NCBI GenBank assembly: GCA_046754465.1
Contig: JBHHVU010000017.1
Coordinates: 1-53,665, forward strand
DNA: 53,665 nt
Reading direction: 5' to 3'
Origin: Nitrospinaceae bacterium
GTDB taxonomy: Bacteria; Nitrospinota; Nitrospinia; Nitrospinales; VA-1
Part shown: positions 30,139-39,518 of the stretch, in pieces
Layout of the letters: the number at the start of each line of letters is the position of its first letter
Numbering within the stretch: position 1 is the stretch's first letter
Notes under the pieces: generated by a model
Database searches by the model: none
What the model was told of the DNA's origin: nothing
What the model saw: only the letters and a program-made list of their open reading frames with translations
Made by a program: the position numbers and the translations under genes

Positions 30139-31113
30139 CTAGTCTTTCATCAGGTCGACCGTCAATCCCTCGTAGGCCAGAAACATTTCGAGTTTGGATT
30201 GAGGGGCAATGGGTTTCAGGTATTTTTGAGTTTGGCGGAAGATTTCTTTCAACTTAAAATCGCTGTAGTCCGGTTCGTGATGGTAAAAAGCGATTTGCTT
30301 GACGTTGGCATCCACGGCGAGGTCCACGCCGATGAAAGTCGAACTGTGCCCCCAGTCGCGCTTTTCCAGACCTTCCCCAAAGGTGTACTGGGAATCGAAA
30401 ACCAGGAGATCGGCATCCTTGAAAAAATCCACAGTGGGTTTCAAATCCTCCTTTCCCAGGTTCTTGTATTCCGAATCGGTGGCGTAGATAAACGACCTGC
30501 CGCAATAATCCACCCGGAAGGAATAAGATTTATTGGGATGACACATTTCCATCCAGGTGATGGTGGCGTCGCCGATCTTGATCCGGGCCTGGCCTTTCAG
30601 GTCGGTGAATTCAAAGTCGGCGGAATAGGCATGAAAAGGGACGGGAAAATAGGCGGGATCCTGCTGGCCCACCAATCGTTCCCGAATATCTTCCAATGGG
30701 GAATTGATGGTAAACTGGTTTCCCTGGATATAAAAAGGCACAAAAAACGGAAGGCCCTGGATGTGATCCCAATGAGTGTGGGTGAGGAAGATATGAGCCC
30801 GGCCCCGGCCCTTTCCGAACTCTCCCTTCATCCACTCCAAACCCAGTTCCCGGATCCCGGTCCCGGCGTCGAAGACCAGGTTTTCTTCTCCCATCCGCAC
30901 CTGGACACAGGAGGAATTGCCTCCAAAACAGCCACGGACTTCCAGGGGCAAACCGTCTATAAAAGCTTTTCTGGAAGAGGGGTTGGCCAGGTCTTCCGGT
31001 TTCGCCCTTTCCAGCGCCATGGCCATTTTTTCCTGGATCTGCCCAGAGGAAAGCGGGGTGGGTATAGACCCCCGCACGCCCCGGAAGGTAATTTCAAAAA
31101 TATTATTATCCAT
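30139..31113 (-). CDS. MBL-fold metallo-hydrolase (phosphodiesterase-like)
   Basis: GVRGSIPTP, GGNSSC, DAGTG, THTHWDH, WGHS, HHEP. Confidence 0.9.
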   Translation of the reverse strand: MDNNIFEITFRGVRGSIPTPLSSGQIQEKMAMALERAKPEDLANPSSRKAFIDGLPLEVRGCFGGNSSCVQVRMGEENLVFDAGTGIRELGLEWMKGEFGKGRGRAHIFLTHTHWDHIQGLPFFVPFYIQGNQFTINSPLEDIRERLVGQQDPAYFPVPFHAYSADFEFTDLKGQARIKIGDATITWMEMCHPNKSYSFRVDYCGRSFIYATDSEYKNLGKEDLKPTVDFFKDADLLVFDSQYTFGEGLEKRDWGHSSTFIGVDLAVDANVKQIAFYHHEPDYSDFKLKEIFRQTQKYLKPIAPQSKLEMFLAYEGLTVDLMKD

Positions 31114-31161
31114 TTAAAATAAGAAGAAAATCATCTCAGTTGGAAAATAGAAACTCGAGGG

Positions 31162-32037
31162 TTAACCATTCAATAACGATTCGGCGTTATTCACGCCCTC
31201 CAGGGTATTTTGCATGATTTCCTCCAGTTCGTCCTGAGACATTTTCAAAATCTCGAAAATTTTGTCATCCAGGGGTCTTTCCTTCCCGGGAAGAATTCCA
31301 TGGATCACCTCGAATTTATTGGCGATCTGGTCGGCCATGCCGACAACCTGGGCAATGCCGATGCCCGATCCATTCATCGAAAGCTTAAAGATGTGGCCGC
31401 TCACTCCCCGGACCACTACCGATGAGAGGGACCATTTTTTCCTGATGAAGGCCGCGCCTAGTTCCGGATGCGCGGTGCCGAATTTTTCCTTTTCCAAATC
31501 CGCCAGGGAAATCGCATCGGGTCCGATCCCTTGGATAAATTCCTTATATTCCACCGGGATCAAATAATCAAAGACCACGATTCCCAAATCGTGCATCAGG
31601 CCGCAGACATAGCTTTCCTCCCGTTCCTCCCGGGATAGTTCCACCCTTTCGGCCAAAATCTGGGTCAGGCAGGCGACGGTCAGCGAATGTCTCCAGAAAA
31701 GAATTTGATTGAACGACCTTGCCTGGTTGAACATTTTGGGAAGGTGGAGGGTATAGGCCAGATCGAGAACCATTTTGAGTCCCAGCCGCAAAACGGTGCT
31801 GGGAAGGTCCTGGGCTTCCTCCCTCCCCCCGGCGAACAGGACGCTGTTGGCCAATTTGATGAGCCGGCCCGACAAAACCGGTTCTGTTTCAATAAGTCCC
31901 GCAATTTCCTCGATTTCGGAATCGGGATCACTGATGCGCTTTTCCAGTTTAAGAAGGATATCCGGGAGAGGGGGAAGATCGTCTTTTTCATGGAGCAAAC
32001 TTATGATTTTTTCTCTAAATTTATTCTTTTCCCCCAT
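31162..32037 (-). CDS. HDOD-domain protein
   Basis: LPPLP, LIKLANS, FWRHSL, GLMHDLG, HPELGA...W.L. Confidence 0.9.
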   Translation of the reverse strand: MGEKNKFREKIISLLHEKDDLPPLPDILLKLEKRISDPDSEIEEIAGLIETEPVLSGRLIKLANSVLFAGGREEAQDLPSTVLRLGLKMVLDLAYTLHLPKMFNQARSFNQILFWRHSLTVACLTQILAERVELSREEREESYVCGLMHDLGIVVFDYLIPVEYKEFIQGIGPDAISLADLEKEKFGTAHPELGAAFIRKKWSLSSVVVRGVSGHIFKLSMNGSGIGIAQVVGMADQIANKFEVIHGILPGKERPLDDKIFEILKMSQDELEEIMQNTLEGVNNAESLLNG

Positions 32038-32197
32038 GAGATCCCCTTCAGATTTACACTATTTTGAAATTGGGGATCAACCTCCCCAATCTCTTATTTT
32101 ATATTACTACCTTATATTTCAACAAGTTAAAAAAGATTTTCTTTTGTGGCGCGCCGGACTAGTCCCCATTTTTCAGGAATTTTCGGGCAAATTTTTA

Positions 32198-32227
32198 TTG
32201 ACGATGCCAGGGCCATGCTCCTAAAAT
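32198..32227 (+). promoter_or_regulatory. Possible sigma70 promoter
   Basis: TTGACG-18 nt-TAAAAT. Confidence 0.4.
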
Positions 32228-32335
32228 AATGAGTCAGCGAATCACAAAAAGGGTTATTTTTTAATAAGTTATGAATTATTTGATTTCAGCCCGGACCTCG
32301 CCGATGGCTGGGAAACGGATTTCTCCCATTCCCGG

Positions 32336-32554
32336 CAATTCGCGGTGCAGGTCGCCGTATTCAAGGACCGGGAAAATGCGCATCGATTAAAACTGAAACT
32401 TGAAAATAGCCGAATCCAACCCTATAGTGTTGGGGAAATTCTCCATTACCGAGTTTTGGCCTGACGGCTCACGAATATTGAGGACGCCCTCAGGCTGATA
32501 GATGAAATTCGCGGCCGAGGTTTTCCTAACGCCTTCATCGTTCTCGACCCGTAA
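32336..32554 (+). pseudogene. SPOR (peptidoglycan-binding) domain remnant with in-frame TGA
   Basis: Manual translation: QFAVQVAVFKDRENAHRLKLKL...HYRVLA*RLTNIEDALRLIDEIRGRGFPNAFIV; TGA at 32462-32464. Confidence 0.7.
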
Positions 32555-32651
32555 CCTTCGGTTTCGGGTCCCAAACAAATACCTTGGCGCCGAGGGGGTG
32601 CCGAGACCCAAGCCCCCCCTGGCCTTAAATTTATTTTGGCTGGAGTCCATC

Positions 32652-33143
32652 ATGAGATTACCGATTTTGGAACAACTGGAGAAAGAACTCGAAACCACGA
32701 AAGTCGAATTGAAGGTGGAAATCCCGAAGGCCCTGAAAACCGCCCGCGAGCACGGGGACCTAAGCGAAAACGCGGAATTCAAAGCCGCCAAGGAACGGCA
32801 GATGTTCCTGGAAACACGGATGTCGCAATTGCAAAAGCGGATCAGCGATATCACCTCCCTGAACATCGACCGGCTGCCGAAAGATCGGTCCGGTTTGGGA
32901 AGCACCCTGTTTCTGAAAGACCTCCAGACCGGGCAGGAAACCACCTACCACTTGGTGTTTCCGGAGGAGGTCAACCCCGAGGAAGGGAAAATTTCCACCG
33001 CCTCTCCCCTGGGAAAAGCTCTCATGGGAAAACAGGCTGGGGATGAACTGATCTTTCCCCAGCCGGATCGACCGAAAGAATTCGAGGTCTTGCGCGTCGT
33101 TACCATTCATGATGATATGGAAAACCGGGAGCCCCGATCGTAG
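32652..33143 (+). CDS. greA: Transcription elongation factor GreA family
   Basis: AREHGDLSENAEF, KISTASPLGKALMGK; GGAG RBS before ATG 32652. Confidence 0.9.
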   Translation: MRLPILEQLEKELETTKVELKVEIPKALKTAREHGDLSENAEFKAAKERQMFLETRMSQLQKRISDITSLNIDRLPKDRSGLGSTLFLKDLQTGQETTYHLVFPEEVNPEEGKISTASPLGKALMGKQAGDELIFPQPDRPKEFEVLRVVTIHDDMENREPRS

Positions 33144-33785
33144 ATGTCTTCAAAGCCCTTAATTTCATTTGATGAAATCGCGGAGAACAGCCCCTATTTT
33201 CTGGACACCGATTCCCGCCCTCCCTGGCCGCAACTTTTTGAAAACGAAAATCCGCTCCACCTTGAAATCGGATTTGGAAATGGCAAGTTCCTGATTGAAA
33301 TGGCGATCCGGGAACCCGGGGACAATTTCGTGGGCATGGATTTTTATCATAAGGGCATCCGCAAGGTGATTTCCCGGATCAACAAACTTCAAATCAAAAA
33401 CATCCGTATCGCCTATGGGGATGCCAGGGAAAAAGTTCCGCTGATTTTCGAGGATGAGGAATTGAAGCGGGTCTACATTAATTTCCCCGATCCGTGGCCC
33501 AAGAAACGGCATTACAAACGCAGGCTGATCAAGCCCCCCTTCGTGGAAACGCTTTCGCGTAAATTGGTGCGCGGGGGAGAAGTGCATATCGCCACGGACA
33601 GCCAACCCTATGCCAGGGAAATCCTGGATTTTTTGGAGGCCCAACCGGGACTGAGGAACAAGATCGGCACGGGCGCCCTGATGGAAAACCGGGCCGATTT
33701 TCCCAGGACCAAATACGAAAATAATTTCATCAATGCCGGAGAAAAAATCTATTATCTGGAATTCAAAAAAGAATCCTCGTCCTGA
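33144..33785 (+). CDS. trmB: tRNA (guanine-N7)-methyltransferase
   Basis: LEIGFGNG, NFPDPWPKKRH, ATD, TKYE. Confidence 0.96.
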   Translation: MSSKPLISFDEIAENSPYFLDTDSRPPWPQLFENENPLHLEIGFGNGKFLIEMAIREPGDNFVGMDFYHKGIRKVISRINKLQIKNIRIAYGDAREKVPLIFEDEELKRVYINFPDPWPKKRHYKRRLIKPPFVETLSRKLVRGGEVHIATDSQPYAREILDFLEAQPGLRNKIGTGALMENRADFPRTKYENNFINAGEKIYYLEFKKESSS

Positions 33786-33880
33786 CCGCCAAACCGGTCG
33801 GGATTCCACCCCACCTCGCTGGGTACCGGTGGGCGGGGTTCGTGAATTTTTCAACTACCTTTTAAATACCGGGGGAAGTA

Positions 33881-36052
33881 TTGGGAACGGAACGAATTCT
33901 TATCGTTGATGACGAAAAAAATATTGTCGCCTCCCTGAAAGAGATCCTCACCGATGAGGGCTATGAGGTCTCCGTGGCGGAAGACGGGCTGGGCGCGTTG
34001 GAAATGATCCAATCGGATCCGCCCGACCTGGTCCTGCTGGACATCTGGCTTCCGGGCATGGATGGAATCGAGGTTTTGAGAACCGTCAAAACCTATCATC
34101 CCGAAATCGAAATATTGATCATGTCCGGCCACGGAACAATCGACACCGCGGTGAAAGCCACCAAACTGGGCGCCTACGACTTCATCGAAAAACCCTTTTC
34201 ACTCGACCAGTTGACCCTGTCGGTGGAAAACGTGCTCAAACAAAAAAAGACGCGACAGAATTACAACGGGATCGATCTGTACCAGAAGGGTGAGTTTCCT
34301 CTTTGTTTTGAATTGTTGGTGGAGGTGAAAAAAGCCACCCTGCAAGCGTCGCGGGATAACCGGCCCGTTTTACTGCTGGGGGAAAGAGGCACCGGCAAGG
34401 AATTCATCGCCCACGCGATTCATCGTGGAAGTCCCCATGGCGGCCGTCCCTTTATCAAGGTGAACTGCGCGGTCAGGAAGCCGCGGGACATCCTCTCCAA
34501 ATTGTTTCCACGGGAAAAGACGCCGAGGACGGAACACGCGAAACCGATCATCTATCTCACCAATATCGAGGCCCTGGATAAAAGTCTCCAGGATCGGCTG
34601 GCCGGAGCGTTGGAAAAGGGAATAGCACCGGATTTCCTGCCCGCCCGGCTCATCGTCTCCTCTTCCAGGAACCTGCACGAGCTCGCCCGGTCAAGCCAAT
34701 TCAGCCAAAAGCTCCTGGACCGGTTCCGGGACAGGACCGTGAAGATCCCCCCACTGCGTGAATATGTAAGCAGTATTCCGGTCATGGTGAAGGATTATTT
34801 CCAGATATGCGCCAAAAGGGGCAAATTTCCGGTTCCCGAAATCGACGCGGACGCGCTGACAGCCTTGTGCGAATATAACTGGCCCAAAAACATTAACGAA
34901 CTTCGTTCCGTGCTCGACAAACTCCTGATCACCGGATCCTCCCGCCGCAAAATTCTGTTCCAGGATCTGCCGCCGGGAATCCAGAAACCCCAAGGGGAAT
35001 CCAGCACCCGGGAATTCGAGACCTCGGAATCCTATAACGACGTGGAACTTTTCTGGGAAAAGGGATACATCATCCATCACTTGAGAAAAAACGATTGGGA
35101 CCTGGGAAAAACCTGCCTGGCTCTTAAGGTCGATCCCGGCCCGTTCAAGGAAAAACTCCGGCGCCATTCGATCGATCTTCCGGAGTCCCGGGAAAGCCAG
35201 GGGGGCTCGCATCCGGCCCTGCAACGGACGTTGAAGCGGAGCGTGGTACTTTGCGGCAGCGGACTGCATTCGGGAATCAACACCGGCCTCATTTTGCAGC
35301 CCCTTCCTCCGGGCAACGGCATCATTTTCGGGGACATATCCACGGGCCAAACCATTCCGGCCCGATTGGAAAACGTCCAGTCCACGGAATATTCCACCTG
35401 CTTGAAAAAAGGATTGGCCTCGGTGGCGACCATCGAACACATCATGGCTGTTTTGCACATGTACCGGATCACGAACCTCCTCATCAAAATCGGGGATGAA
35501 GCCCCCGTGATGGATGGCTCGGCCAAGGATTTCTGCGCCTTGATCGAGGATGGGGAATTTGAGGAACAAGATGAACTGTACGAGGAGATTGTCATCGACA
35601 GAACCTATTCCTTCGGTTCGCCGGATCAGGGGGGTCCGTTCATTACCGTAGAGCCCGCCGAAAGATTCACCGTGAGCTATCACATGGAATATCCAGAACC
35701 GATTGGGATCGAGGACTACACCTTTGTGTTCGATGGAGCGGAAAGCTTCAAAAAAGAGATCGCCCCGGCGCGCACCTTTGGGTTTCTGAAGGACGTCACG
35801 CAATTGACCAAAATGGGATTTGCCACCGGCGGGAAACTAGACAACTTCATCCTCCTCGGGGACAAAAAGGTATTAAATACGCAACTGCGGTTCCAGGACG
35901 AATTTGTCCGCCATAAAATACTCGACATTCTCGGGGATTTTTATCTTTTAGGCAAACCCCTTCTCGGCCACATCAAAGCCCACAAATCCGGGCACACGCA
36001 AAACATCGGCCTCCTTAAAAAAATCCGGAACCGAATGGCCTCGGTGGCGTAA
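33881..36052 (+). CDS. lpxC: Fusion of an NtrX/NtrC-like response regulator (REC, degenerate AAA+, HTH-like) with UDP-3-O-acyl-GlcNAc deacetylase
   Basis: REC: ILIVDDE, LLDIWLPGMDG, MSGHG, KPF. AAA+: GERGTGKE, YNWPKNINEL. LpxC from about 35219: QRTL...GSGLHSG, TIEHIMA, PVMDGSA, EIAPARTFGF, RHKILDILGD, GHTQN. Confidence 0.9.
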   Translation: MGTERILIVDDEKNIVASLKEILTDEGYEVSVAEDGLGALEMIQSDPPDLVLLDIWLPGMDGIEVLRTVKTYHPEIEILIMSGHGTIDTAVKATKLGAYDFIEKPFSLDQLTLSVENVLKQKKTRQNYNGIDLYQKGEFPLCFELLVEVKKATLQASRDNRPVLLLGERGTGKEFIAHAIHRGSPHGGRPFIKVNCAVRKPRDILSKLFPREKTPRTEHAKPIIYLTNIEALDKSLQDRLAGALEKGIAPDFLPARLIVSSSRNLHELARSSQFSQKLLDRFRDRTVKIPPLREYVSSIPVMVKDYFQICAKRGKFPVPEIDADALTALCEYNWPKNINELRSVLDKLLITGSSRRKILFQDLPPGIQKPQGESSTREFETSESYNDVELFWEKGYIIHHLRKNDWDLGKTCLALKVDPGPFKEKLRRHSIDLPESRESQGGSHPALQRTLKRSVVLCGSGLHSGINTGLILQPLPPGNGIIFGDISTGQTIPARLENVQSTEYSTCLKKGLASVATIEHIMAVLHMYRITNLLIKIGDEAPVMDGSAKDFCALIEDGEFEEQDELYEEIVIDRTYSFGSPDQGGPFITVEPAERFTVSYHMEYPEPIGIEDYTFVFDGAESFKKEIAPARTFGFLKDVTQLTKMGFATGGKLDNFILLGDKKVLNTQLRFQDEFVRHKILDILGDFYLLGKPLLGHIKAHKSGHTQNIGLLKKIRNRMASVA

Positions 36053-36216
36053 ACCCTCGCGGGCCGGGCCACGCCCGGAGGCAGAGGGGTCAAAGCATCA
36101 TCGGCAGCCGACCCCAGTTTCGCATATAACGTATGACAATACTACCAGCGGCGGTTCGCCGCCGGAGGGAGAGGAGGAAGTTGAGGGAGGGAAATATTGC
36201 CATCGATCGGCCGCGA

Positions 36217-37590
36217 TCATTCCCGGATCCCAGCCTCTTGAAACAATTCCAGGATTTCCGTGCGTTTCAGTTTCGACGCGATTTTATAAGCGGTCCAACC
36301 GTTACGGCTCTTGATGCCGGCATCGGCGCCTTTTTTTAAAAACAATTTGGCCAGGCCGGTGTACCCACCCGCAGCGGCGCCCATTAAAGGCGTCCAGCCT
36401 TTCTTGCTTCTGGCGTGAATATCCGCACCATGCTCCAGCAGGATATCGACGACATCCCCCCGTCCCCGTTCGGCGGCCACCATCAAGACGGTGGAACCAT
36501 TAGCGAGGGTGTCCCCAATACTGGCGCCGGAATTTATCAGGAGTTGGACCACGTCCGCATGTCCCCCGGCCGCGGCACTCATCAATGGCGTGGCCCCGTT
36601 TTTGCTTTTGGCGCCGACATCCGCCTTGGAATCGATCAGCAGTCGGACCAAGTCCAGATAACCCCGTTCGGCGGCAACCATGAGCGGGGTCGAGGCTCCC
36701 CGGGTCCGCGAATCCACCTTGGCGCCCCCGGCGATGAGCAACCGGGCCGTATCGATTTGTCCGTATTGGGCCGCCTTGGCCAGGGCGGTCCTCCCCAATT
36801 TGTTTTGGGCATTCACATCGGCATCATGGTCCAGCAATACCTGGACGCAGTCTGGAAACCCGCGTTGAGTCGCGAGGATCAGCACCGTATCCCCGGCGGA
36901 GTTTTTAACGCCCAGATTGGCGCCATGCCGGATCAGAGTTTTCATGATATCGGCCCGCCCGTTGAAAGCGGCAAGCCACAACGGGGTGATTCCCTTCCCG
37001 TTTCGCGCGCCGACACGGGCTCCATGAACGATTAATTCATTCACCGCGTCAAAATGGTGTTCGCCGATGGCGATCATCAGGGGGGTGGACCCGTCCCTGA
37101 TGGACACTTCCAGATCGGCCCCATGTTCGATCAACAGCTTCATCGTTTCCAACTGACCGTACCTGGCGGTACGGGCCAGGGACGTCCAGCCGAACATGTT
37201 TCTGGCATTGATATCGGCACCCGCCTCCAGAAGTTTTCTGGCGGTATCCGTGTCTCCCAGGGTGGCAGCTATGATGAGGGCGGTATCGTCGTACCGGTTC
37301 CTGGCATTGACTTTGGCGCCCCTTTTCAAAAGCGCCGACACGATGGCGGGGTGTTTCCCGGCCACGGCGACAATCAACGCCGTACTTCCCTTGGAAGTCC
37401 GCGCGTCCAGGTCGGCCCCTAAATCCAGTAAAGTCTTTACTTCCTGCCGATCGCCCTTGTAAACCGCGGAAAGGAAACTCGCGTTGAGTCCGCCCAGGGC
37501 AATAACCGGGGTAAGAAGCACCATCCCCACGGCAAGGGCGGGCAGGCATGATTTACAGACCCTGTTCGTTTTCTCTATTCCCAAACCCAT
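36217..37590 (-). CDS. Ankyrin-repeat protein, probably exported
   Basis: About 12 repeats of G.T.L..AA..G...V..LL..GA.VN; hydrophobic N-terminal segment; start uncertain. Confidence 0.9.
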   Translation of the reverse strand: MGLGIEKTNRVCKSCLPALAVGMVLLTPVIALGGLNASFLSAVYKGDRQEVKTLLDLGADLDARTSKGSTALIVAVAGKHPAIVSALLKRGAKVNARNRYDDTALIIAATLGDTDTARKLLEAGADINARNMFGWTSLARTARYGQLETMKLLIEHGADLEVSIRDGSTPLMIAIGEHHFDAVNELIVHGARVGARNGKGITPLWLAAFNGRADIMKTLIRHGANLGVKNSAGDTVLILATQRGFPDCVQVLLDHDADVNAQNKLGRTALAKAAQYGQIDTARLLIAGGAKVDSRTRGASTPLMVAAERGYLDLVRLLIDSKADVGAKSKNGATPLMSAAAGGHADVVQLLINSGASIGDTLANGSTVLMVAAERGRGDVVDILLEHGADIHARSKKGWTPLMGAAAGGYTGLAKLFLKKGADAGIKSRNGWTAYKIASKLKRTEILELFQEAGIRE

Positions 37591-38192
37591 CAGATGAAGG
37601 CTCCAGCGAAACAACGGTTCAGGGGATTCCCAAAATCCGGAAGACTTAAAAAATTTCCAGAATGACCCAAGGGTCCCTTCTGCCTTTCAAGGCAAAAATC
37701 CGGGAATTGAAAATTTCAGGGAAAATGGATCGTTATTTGTTATTTTAACAACAATAATTCGTTAATCAAAAACAAATGACCGCGGATCGAAAAAGAATGA
37801 TAAATCCGCGCGGAAGAATGCTTGAAAAGCTGAAACTTGACGGCGGGAATTTTCGCGGGAAAAAAAAATCCGCCTGCCAGGGAGGTAAGAATTGGCAGGC
37901 GGACCCAAAAAGGGGTGGAATTTAAATTCCAGCAAATAAGAGGAGCCATCTTTGAAATTTATTCCCGAATCTTAAAAAAAATTCTTTTTTCTTCCAAGAG
38001 GCCCTCCAGGGGCTTGCAAATTTTTTCGAGGAACCCCCCTTTCCCGGAAACCGCCCGGCCGGGATGGGTCAATTTAGCGCTCTCCATTGATTTATCAGGA
38101 CATTTAATGTTAAGCTCGAAAAGTGAAAACGCCGCTCAATGCGGAATTCACCCCGAACACATCCAAAGCGGCGGCATTGCCGGGAAGACGGA

Positions 38193-38813
38193 ATGGGAGC
38201 GAAGAATTTTAAACTTGCCGTCCTGGTATCCGGACGCGGGACCAATCTGCAAGCCATAATTGATAACATCGAAAAGGGAAACTTACCGGCAACCCTCGCG
38301 GTGGTCTTGAGTGACGTCAAGGACGCCCCAGCCCTGGAACGGGCCAAGAAGCATGGCTGTGAATCGATATTCCTCGATCCCCAATCTTATCCTGGCGCGG
38401 GGGAATACGATCAAGCGATGATCGCCCGGTTGCAAGCCCGGTCCGTCGACCTGATTTGCCTGGCGGGATTCATGCGCATTCTGGGCAAATCATTCATCCA
38501 GGCGTTTCCGGGAAAAATTATCAATATTCACCCCTCGCTCCTTCCCGCATTTCCAGGATTGAATCCCCAAAAAAAGGCGCTGGACCATGGGGTTAAATTT
38601 TCAGGGTGCACGGTCCATTTTGTCGAAGAGGGGGTGGACAGTGGTCCCATCATACTTCAAAGCCCCGTCCCGGTATACGACACCGACGATGTAGAAAAAC
38701 TTTCCGGGCGAATCCTCGAACAAGAGCACTTGCTGTATCCCAGGGCGATTCGGTTGATCATGGACAACCGCCTGATCCTTTCCGGCAGAAAAGTAATCCA
38801 AAGGATGGATTGA
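38193..38813 (+). CDS. purN: Phosphoribosylglycinamide formyltransferase
   Basis: VLVSGRGTNLQ, LAGFMRIL, NIHPSLLP, GCTVHFV, DSGPII, EH.LY. Confidence 0.96.
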   Translation: MGAKNFKLAVLVSGRGTNLQAIIDNIEKGNLPATLAVVLSDVKDAPALERAKKHGCESIFLDPQSYPGAGEYDQAMIARLQARSVDLICLAGFMRILGKSFIQAFPGKIINIHPSLLPAFPGLNPQKKALDHGVKFSGCTVHFVEEGVDSGPIILQSPVPVYDTDDVEKLSGRILEQEHLLYPRAIRLIMDNRLILSGRKVIQRMD

Positions 38814-38835
38814 TCCTTAGAAATTGGCCATTAAA

Positions 38836-39498
38836 ATGAACAAATCCCTTCTCGTGATTGTGAAAATGATCCTGATTCTTTTTTTCATTCCCTTCTCGGC
38901 GGGGGCGGAAAGCCGCGAACAAACCGCCCTCGATGCTATCCAGAAGCGGTATGAGGAAGTCAAAACCTTCAAGGCCAAGTTTGTTCAAAAATCCTTCGTC
39001 AAGATGATGAATCAGAGCCAGGAGGCCCGGGGCAGCGTTCAAATCAAGAAACCCGGCAAAATGAAATGGGTCTACAAAGCTCCCGACCCGCAAACCCTGG
39101 TCAGCGACCAAAAGATCCTCTGGCTTTATGCTCCCGAAGACAGGCAAGTGACTAAAATTCCCGTGAAGAGCATTTACTCCTCGAACACCCCTGCCCTGTT
39201 TTTGGCGGGCAAGGGGAAATTGACCGAATCGTTCAATGTGGCCACGGTCTCGGTGGAAGATAAAATCACCCGCGTCGTCCTGATCCCCAAACAAAAGGAC
39301 AACAATGTGGACCGTCTGGTGTTGATCGCGGACAATAAAAACTACCAAATTATTGGATCAACCGTGTATGATAAATTAGGTAATAAAACGGAAATCCGTT
39401 TCACCGAAATTCAGGTCAACCTGAATATTCCCGACAGTGTATTTCAATTCCACGTTCCCGAAGGAGTGGAATTACTGGATTATACAGAGAATCGTTAA
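38836..39498 (+). CDS. lolA: Outer-membrane lipoprotein carrier
   Basis: Signal peptide, F.A.F.Q, KKPGKMKWVY, VSDQKILWLY.P...QV, FQF.VPEGVE. Confidence 0.9.
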   Translation: MNKSLLVIVKMILILFFIPFSAGAESREQTALDAIQKRYEEVKTFKAKFVQKSFVKMMNQSQEARGSVQIKKPGKMKWVYKAPDPQTLVSDQKILWLYAPEDRQVTKIPVKSIYSSNTPALFLAGKGKLTESFNVATVSVEDKITRVVLIPKQKDNNVDRLVLIADNKNYQIIGSTVYDKLGNKTEIRFTEIQVNLNIPDSVFQFHVPEGVELLDYTENR

Positions 39499-39518
39499 AT
39501 TTACAGGGTTCATCAATT

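Noticed and set aside
29524..31122. 532-aa plus-strand ORF and many other long alternative-frame ORFs (for example 6237-7388, 26398-27465, 34691-35803, 52109-53233)
   Set aside because: Antisense shadows of well-supported genes in GC-rich coding sequence; no recognisable motifs.
32462..32464. Selenocysteine recoding of the SPOR-remnant TGA
   Set aside because: The position corresponds to a structural Gly rather than Cys, and I see no convincing SECIS or start codon.
37614..38192. AT-rich intergenic region with short ORFs (37740-37949, 37837-38259)
   Set aside because: Consistent with a divergent promoter region; no protein motifs or stable RNA structure recognised.
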